From Azolla caroliniana (lineage: Eukaryota > Plantae > Polypodiophyta), in NCBI GenBank assembly GCA_043228905.1, contig JBHGNT010000918.1:1-13898 (forward strand): a stretch of DNA of 13,898 nt, written 5' to 3'. The translations under genes were made by a program, and so were the position numbers. The notes beneath the pieces are model-generated. The model worked only from the letters and a program-made list of their open reading frames with translations. It did no database searches and was not told where the DNA came from. Of this stretch, positions 9,071 to 13,898 are shown one piece after another; position 1 is the first letter of the stretch; every line of letters starts with the position of its first letter.

Positions 9071-9142
9071 GGACAAGAGGGGACTTGAACCAATAACCCC
9101 CACCTTATGACTCTGAAACCTTACCATTTACCCTATAATTGT
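9071..9142 (-). other. tRNA-derived module 1 (degenerate; CAT at the anticodon position)
   Basis: A-box TAGGGTAAATGG (9135-9124) and B-box GGTTCAAGTCC (9091-9081) with a canonical 45-nt T8-G53 spacing. Loop GTCATAA falls at the anticodon position. Stems pair poorly. Confidence 0.6.
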
Positions 9143-9249
9143 AGTTTGTATAAAAATAATTATATGTATTATTTTATTTGAAGTAATATTGTATGCTTTA
9201 AATCCTAAACCATATGATGTACTACATGTGCACCATATATTGTATTACA

Positions 9250-9322
9250 TGGGTGAGAGAAGACTTGAACCAACAACCTCCACATTCTGAACCTCAAAGC
9301 CTACCATTTAACCAAACTCATC
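9250..9322 (-). other. tRNA-derived module 2 (degenerate)
   Basis: A-box TTGGTTAAATGG (9315-9304) and B-box GGTTCAAGTC (9271-9262), 45-nt spacing. The 3' end TCTCTCACCCA resembles plant elongator tRNA-Met as I recall it. Partial acceptor pairing GATGAGT/TCTCACC. Confidence 0.6.
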
Positions 9323-9465
9323 ATATGTATAAAAGAAAATGTGTTGTTTTATTTGAAGTAATATTGTATACCATGTAATGTACTACATGTGCACCATATA
9401 GCACACATGCAAGAGCCCTCTTTGCATGTGTGACATTTGGTCCACATGCAAAACCATCCCCTTCC

Positions 9466-9472
9466 TATAAAA
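9466..9472 (+). promoter_or_regulatory. LTR TATA box
   Basis: CCTATAAAAGG context typical of plant LTR promoters, in mid-LTR. Confidence 0.6.
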
Positions 9473-10016
9473 GGAGAAGGGAGTGTAGTCACAAGGGGAG
9501 ATCAAGGAATCGATCAATATCAAAAGAACTATATTATATATATCAATAGAATCAAATAGAGTTATTTTGTAAGAGATATCACAATAGAGAAAGAAGAAAA
9601 GAAGGTCAATATACAAGAAAAGCTCTAAGTTGGCGGTTGTGGTGCTCAACTCTCAACAAAAAGGGTGGAGGTTCGAGTCTTATCTCATTGAAAGATAGAA
9701 GAGAATATTGTGGTCTACTATCAAGAAAGAGAAGAGCAATAGAAGCGAAGATTGTGGTCTACCTTGTGAGACAAAGTTGTAGTTCAACAACGCTCGCAAC
9801 TATTTTGTAACTCTTTCATCAAATAATTATAAATCTCTTTTATTGCTTCAATTATCATTCTATATCCTATCTTGTCATATTTTGTTGATCAATATTTATC
9901 TATTTCTACTCTTTCGTCTCTTCCGTCCAAAATCCCAATGATTCCTTCCTCACTTTCACGTTATCTTCTGTCTACGCAACGCTACGCTTCTAGGCGAGCC
10001 ACGCCATGACACAATT

Positions 10017-10033
10017 TGGTGAACTCGATGTGA
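10017..10033 (+). other. Primer binding site, tRNA-Trp type
   Basis: TGGTGAACTCGATGTGA matches the complement of the plant tRNA-Trp 3' end as I recall it (TGGTGAACCCGACGTGA) with two C>T changes. It lies just after the LTR end and 45 nt before the gag ATG. Confidence 0.8.
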
Positions 10034-10078
10034 CACGAGGAAGTAGAAGAGACATCTAAAGTAAAGATCAACATCAAC

Positions 10079-11109
10079 ATGGCAAGTATGAGTACAATGG
10101 ATCCTGTAAGGTTATTTATTGAAAAATTGAATCAAGATCAATTATTTCATGCCTTACAAGAAGTCCGAGAGAAGATTGGCATGTTTGATGGCACAAATAT
10201 CTCAAAGTATGTCAATATATATTATGATGAAATGGAAATGTTTGGTGTGAATGATGTCAATATGATAGCAAACTTTTATAAATTAGTGGAAATGGAATTA
10301 AGAGATAGAATTCGTGAAATACAAGCATTGCATAGTTTGGATTAGAATGCATTCAAAGAAGCGCTTGTGTCTTAATATTCTCGTGAAGATTTCTCTCGAG
10401 TTACTATGCATTCATTTCATGAATGGATCTTGAAAGAAGATAAAGGGTTATTTGTGGCTGACACAAAAAAAGAGTTTGATAGGATGTATGGACACTTAAA
10501 GCCAGAAGAAAGAAATTCTTTGTCTTGGCAAAAGGTTGCTTTATTTTTGCAGGCAATTGACAAGAGATATAGAAAAGAATTGGAATTTATGCTTGAAGTG
10601 CCAAATACCGAGGATGGTATAACGGCAGATTGGAATGAGGTAACAAATGCTTGTAATAAATTTATGAAAAGAATGCAAAGGAATGGTGTAATGCTACAAA
10701 TACCACATGTGGGAATCATGAATCGGCTTGATCAAAACATCAAAGTTCAAAGACATGGTCGAGAACCATCACACAAAATAGTGCATCAACCATGCGAAAT
10801 GATCGGAACTAAGAGCAAGTCTTTTCTTGATGATCTAGTTCAAAGTATGAAAGATCTAACAATTAAAGTGGCAAATCTTGAGAATGGTCAAACTTTGAGG
10901 TCAAGGGAACCATTTTGACCCCGATGCTGATGCATGTGGTGCAATAGTCTCGAACATCGTCTACGTGATTGTGAAGAATATAAAGACATGGAAAATCGAG
11001 ACTTGGTGTATTGGAAAAATGGTAACATTTATTTAAATGAAACTAGAAGTCCACTTACAAAGAACTTTGGTGATGGTGGTGTTAAGGTTAAATTTGAAGA
11101 AGTTGAAGG
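10079..11109 (+). pseudogene. gag pseudogene with CCHC zinc knuckle, truncated by a deletion
   Basis: ORFs 10079, 10406 and 10934 are in one frame, broken by stops at 10343, 10373, 10916 and 10928. Motifs FDGTNISKY and knuckle CMWCNSLEHRLRDC. It runs directly into LTR sequence at about 11106. Confidence 0.85.
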
Positions 11110-11446
11110 TTGGAGGTTCAAGTCTTATCTCATTGAAAGATAGAAGAGAAGATTGTGGTCTACTATCAAGAAAGAGAAGAGCAATAGAAGCGAAGATTGT
11201 GGTCTACCTTGTGAGACAAAGTTCGAATTCAACAATGCTCGCAACTATTTTGTAACTCTTTCATCAAATAATTATAAATCTCTTTTATTGCTTCAATTAT
11301 CATTCTATATCCTATCTTGTCATATCTTGTTGATCACTATTTATCTATTTCTACTGTTTCGTCTCTTCCGTCCAAAATCCCAGTGATTCCTTCCTCACTT
11401 TCATGTTATCTTCTATCTACGCTTGTAGGCGAGCCACACCACGACA
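11106..11446 (+). repeat. Partial 3' LTR (last about 340 bp only)
   Basis: Direct repeat of 9661-10011 with about 16 substitutions (counted by eye) and one 10-bp deletion. Ends CACGACA. Confidence 0.92.
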
Positions 11447-12221
11447 TCACACTATAGATTGGCAATAGCTAAATATCTTGTACCTTCACGAAGTAGCTAA
11501 TTAGCTACCACTATTTTACTATTGTAGCTAATTAGCTACCACATTTTTACAACTTTAGCTAATTACCTACTATGTTATTATTGTGCAATAGCTAATTATC
11601 TTCTACCCTTTACAAAGTAGTTAATTAGCCAGCACTCTAGCTAATTAACTACCACACTATAGCTTGGCAATACCTAATTACGTACCACTATTTTACTACT
11701 GTAGCTAATTAGCTATTGTTTTTTTACAACTGTAGCTAATTAGCTACTACACTATTGTTGTGCAATAGCTAATTAGTTTCTACCCTTCACGAAGTACCTA
11801 ATTAGCCACCATTGTAGCTAATTAGCTACCACACTATAGATTGGCAATAGCTAATTAGCTTGTACCTTCACAAAATAGCTAATTAACTAACACTATTCTA
11901 CTACTGTAGTTAATTAGCTACCACACTTTACTAATTAGTGTAGTAGCTAATTAGCTAATTAGCTACTACACTATTGTTGTGTAATAGCTAATTAGCTTCC
12001 GCCCTTCACAAAGTAGCTATTAGCCACCACAATTTACTACTGTAGCTAATTAGCTACCATAGTTTACACTGCTTTGCTAATTAGCTACTGCTTTTTTACA
12101 ACTATAGCTAATTAGCTACTACACTATTGTACTATTGTAGCTAATTAGTTACTACACTCTAGATTAGCAATAGCTAATTAGCTTGTACCTTCAAGAAGTA
12201 GCTAATTAGCTACCACTATTT
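11447..12221. repeat. Satellite of about 27 copies of the 14-bp palindrome TAGCTAATTAGCTA with spacer classes and a 177-bp higher-order repeat
   Basis: Cores at 11466, 11494, 11525, 11556, 11589, 11618, 11638, 11671, 11702, 11733, 11766, 11795, 11815, 11848, 11876, 11907 and onward to 12199. Confidence 0.95.
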
Positions 12222-12491
12222 TGATGAGGGGGAGTACAATATGATACTCGGAGGCAACGACCTTGAGTTCTCCTTCATCTAAAAGACGGTTACAGAGTTA
12301 AGCTCGCTCTCTAACTCTCACTCTTTCTCTCACTTACACAGTTACAGAGGCAACTACCTTCTATGTAACTTCTTACAACTATAATGATTCTACTACATTA
12401 TAAGATTTTGCCCTAGTTTCTTATATTCTAAAACAACTTTCAAGCTATTTACAAATATAGCCCACAAGGGGGCACATTCAGACTATTTACA
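12222..12491 (-). repeat. Probable 270-bp LTR of a further element; orientation uncertain
   Basis: The satellite ends abruptly at TG (12222) and the segment ends in CA (12491). The minus strand has TATAAG (12425-12420) followed by GA-rich and TGTAA-rich sequence. A short purine run GAGGGG (12504-12499) lies upstream. No second copy in the window. Confidence 0.45.
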
Positions 12492-12619
12492 ATGATGGCC
12501 CCTCAAATCGTTCATAATCGATCATCATTCTCAATTTTGGTTTTCGATTTTCAGCTTCAGCCTTGACCAGTTTGCTCATCGATTCGGCTCATCCCATCTG
12601 GAGGACCCCGTTTTCCCAA

Positions 12620-13898
12620 CGGAAAGTACATTTTCTCTACCCATTGTACGTCACACTCAGAGAGGGTGACTTGTTGCTAGTTGATATTCCCATGTCATCA
12701 CTATGGCATGGACGACTTGGATACATCAGCAAGGCCGACATGACGCATTTATCTAGAGTCGGATACATCCCCAAACTCTCATTCTCTAATCATTAATTAT
12801 GCGAGCATTGCTAGTATGGCAAGTAGGCTACAACCTCACACCCGACAACATTACCAAGAGAATCAAGTCCACTTGATTTAGACCATTCAGACATCTATGG
12901 CCCGATGCCACATTAGTCCCTTAGTGGCTCCTCCTACATCCTCAATTTCATTGACGACTCAACCAAGATAGTGTGGACTTACCCAACAAGAACCAAAGAT
13001 TGAGTGTTCTCGATCTTCCAGGAATGAGTTGCCATGGTAGAGAACCAGACTGGTCGAAACCTGAAATGCCTTCAAATTGACAACGGAGGATAGTTCAAGT
13101 CCGAAGAATTCGTCAAATTTTGCCAACAACGCAGCATTCAACGTGAATATACAGTACCCTATAGTCCGAAGCAGAATGGAATTGCTGAACAAATGAATCG
13201 AACAATTTCGGAACATTTAGTGTCCATGCTCCAACACTCCAGAGTATTGGATGGATTCTAGGAAGAGGCCATGCTTATGGCAATAAACATAATTAACATG
13301 TCACGGACTAGGCCTCTAGGACTTTAAGTACCTCAGGAATTATGAACCGGCCGCAAGCCGAATTAGGACAAGTTGAGGATTTTCCGATGTGAGGCATACG
13401 TCCCCATACCAAAAGGAAACCGTTGAAGTCCAGGAAATGTATTTTCCTTGGCTATGAACCAAATGACAAGATCGGATACCGACTTTGAGACCCCGAGCAC
13501 AAACAGATTTTCCGAAGTTCGGATGTAGTGTTCAATGAGTCGGCTATGCACAAGACGGCCGAAAGGCCTATTGAAGTTTGAAGGGTAACCTTCTCAGATG
13601 TGCCAGCCTTTCATGATGGCCTAGCCCATAACATGAGGTTGACTTCACGGGTAGCCGAATCCCCTCGAACCCACTTGGCAACACTGGACTCGGCACAGCC
13701 AAATGATTCGGCTTTGGACCATCCGACTACGACACCCGATGCAACTAGTCTAGTCATACCTTGAAAAGCCAAGAGACTATCGCAACCCCCTGAGAGGCAC
13801 TCTCTTGGAGTCTTCTTCATGAATGCCCGAGAATTGACGTCATACGAAGAAGCATCGGCATCAGCTGATTCAGCCGCATGGCATTTGGCGATGGAGTC
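12620..13898 (+). pseudogene. Ty1/copia pol pseudogene: GAG-pre-integrase, integrase core, linker, start of RT
   Basis: Motifs LWHGRLGY, CEHC, LDLDHSDIYGP, FIDDST, IDNGG, PYSPKQNGIAEQMNRT, KSRKCIFLGYE, RSSDVVFNES and TSYEEA..W.LAMES. Integrase precedes RT. Many stops, and a frameshift near 13425. Confidence 0.93.

Larger units (their letters stand above)
9063..9400. repeat. Diverged tandem duplication (units of about 180 and 158 bp) within the LTR U3
   Basis: tattacatgg..gacttgaacc..taccattta..ttttatttgaagtaatattgtat..atgtactacatgtgcaccatata occurs at 9063-9239 and again at 9243-9400. Confidence 0.9.
8960..10011 (+). repeat. 5' LTR (about 1052 bp)
   Basis: Starts with TG where the satellite stops and ends at GACA just before the PBS. 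Contains a TATA box and an internal tandem duplication. Confidence 0.8.
8960..11446 (+). mobile_element. Internally deleted gypsy-type LTR retrotransposon (tRNA-Trp primed; gag only)
   Basis: Termini TGTCGTG...CACGACA form a 7-bp inverted repeat. Direct repeat 9661-10011 / 11106-11446, PBS, and gag with a CCHC knuckle are present. No pol, so the superfamily call rests on gag resemblance only. Confidence 0.85.

Noticed and set aside
9071-9322. Functional tRNA genes
   Set aside because: Anticodon and T stems do not pair. Only the promoter boxes and their spacing remain.
11153-11386. Hydrophobic ORF suggesting an env-like membrane protein (also 9383-9649, 8121-8331)
   Set aside because: It lies wholly within LTR sequence, and the hydrophobicity follows from T/C-rich composition.
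11447-12221. True CRISPR array
   Set aside because: The core is only 14 bp, and the spacers are short and recur in a higher-order pattern, as in a satellite.
12585-12650. Minus-strand copia RNase H C-terminus (MGREK..FR..GV-like)
   Set aside because: It needs a frameshift and overlaps the better-supported plus-strand copia frame (RKVHFLYPLYV), so it is probably chance.

Overview
The window is almost entirely nested, decayed land-plant LTR retrotransposon DNA plus a palindrome-based satellite. I found no host gene, rRNA, intact tRNA or CRISPR locus. A non-seed plant is a low-confidence guess. Left to right: (1) 1-1224 is the 5' end of a minus-strand element with an apparent 74-bp LTR, a tRNA-Arg PBS and a long antisense coiled-coil/Pro-rich ORF, inserted cleanly into the RNase H of (2). 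(2) 1225-5919 is a minus-strand Ty3/gypsy chromovirus (Reina-like; gag-PR-RT-RH). Its leader holds a probable solo LTR (3921-4809) and a 56-bp-period hairpin array (5015-5273). Its LTR is flanked by both a PPT and a PBS. (3) 6045-8333 is a plus-strand 5'-truncated copy of the same family (RH-INT-chromodomain-PPT-LTR), joined in inverted orientation. (4) A TAGCTAATTAGCTA satellite (8650-8959 and 11447-12221) is interrupted by (5). (5) 8960-11446 is a gag-only, tRNA-Trp-primed gypsy-type element whose LTR carries tRNA-like Pol III A/B-box modules. (6) 12222-12491 is a probable 270-bp LTR. (7) 12620-13898 is a decayed Ty1/copia integrase to RT start. The most unusual signals are the tRNA-like modules shared by two related LTRs, the ultra-short LTR with a 5' antisense ORF, and the two palindrome arrays. 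All tRNA and family assignments are from memory and need database confirmation.
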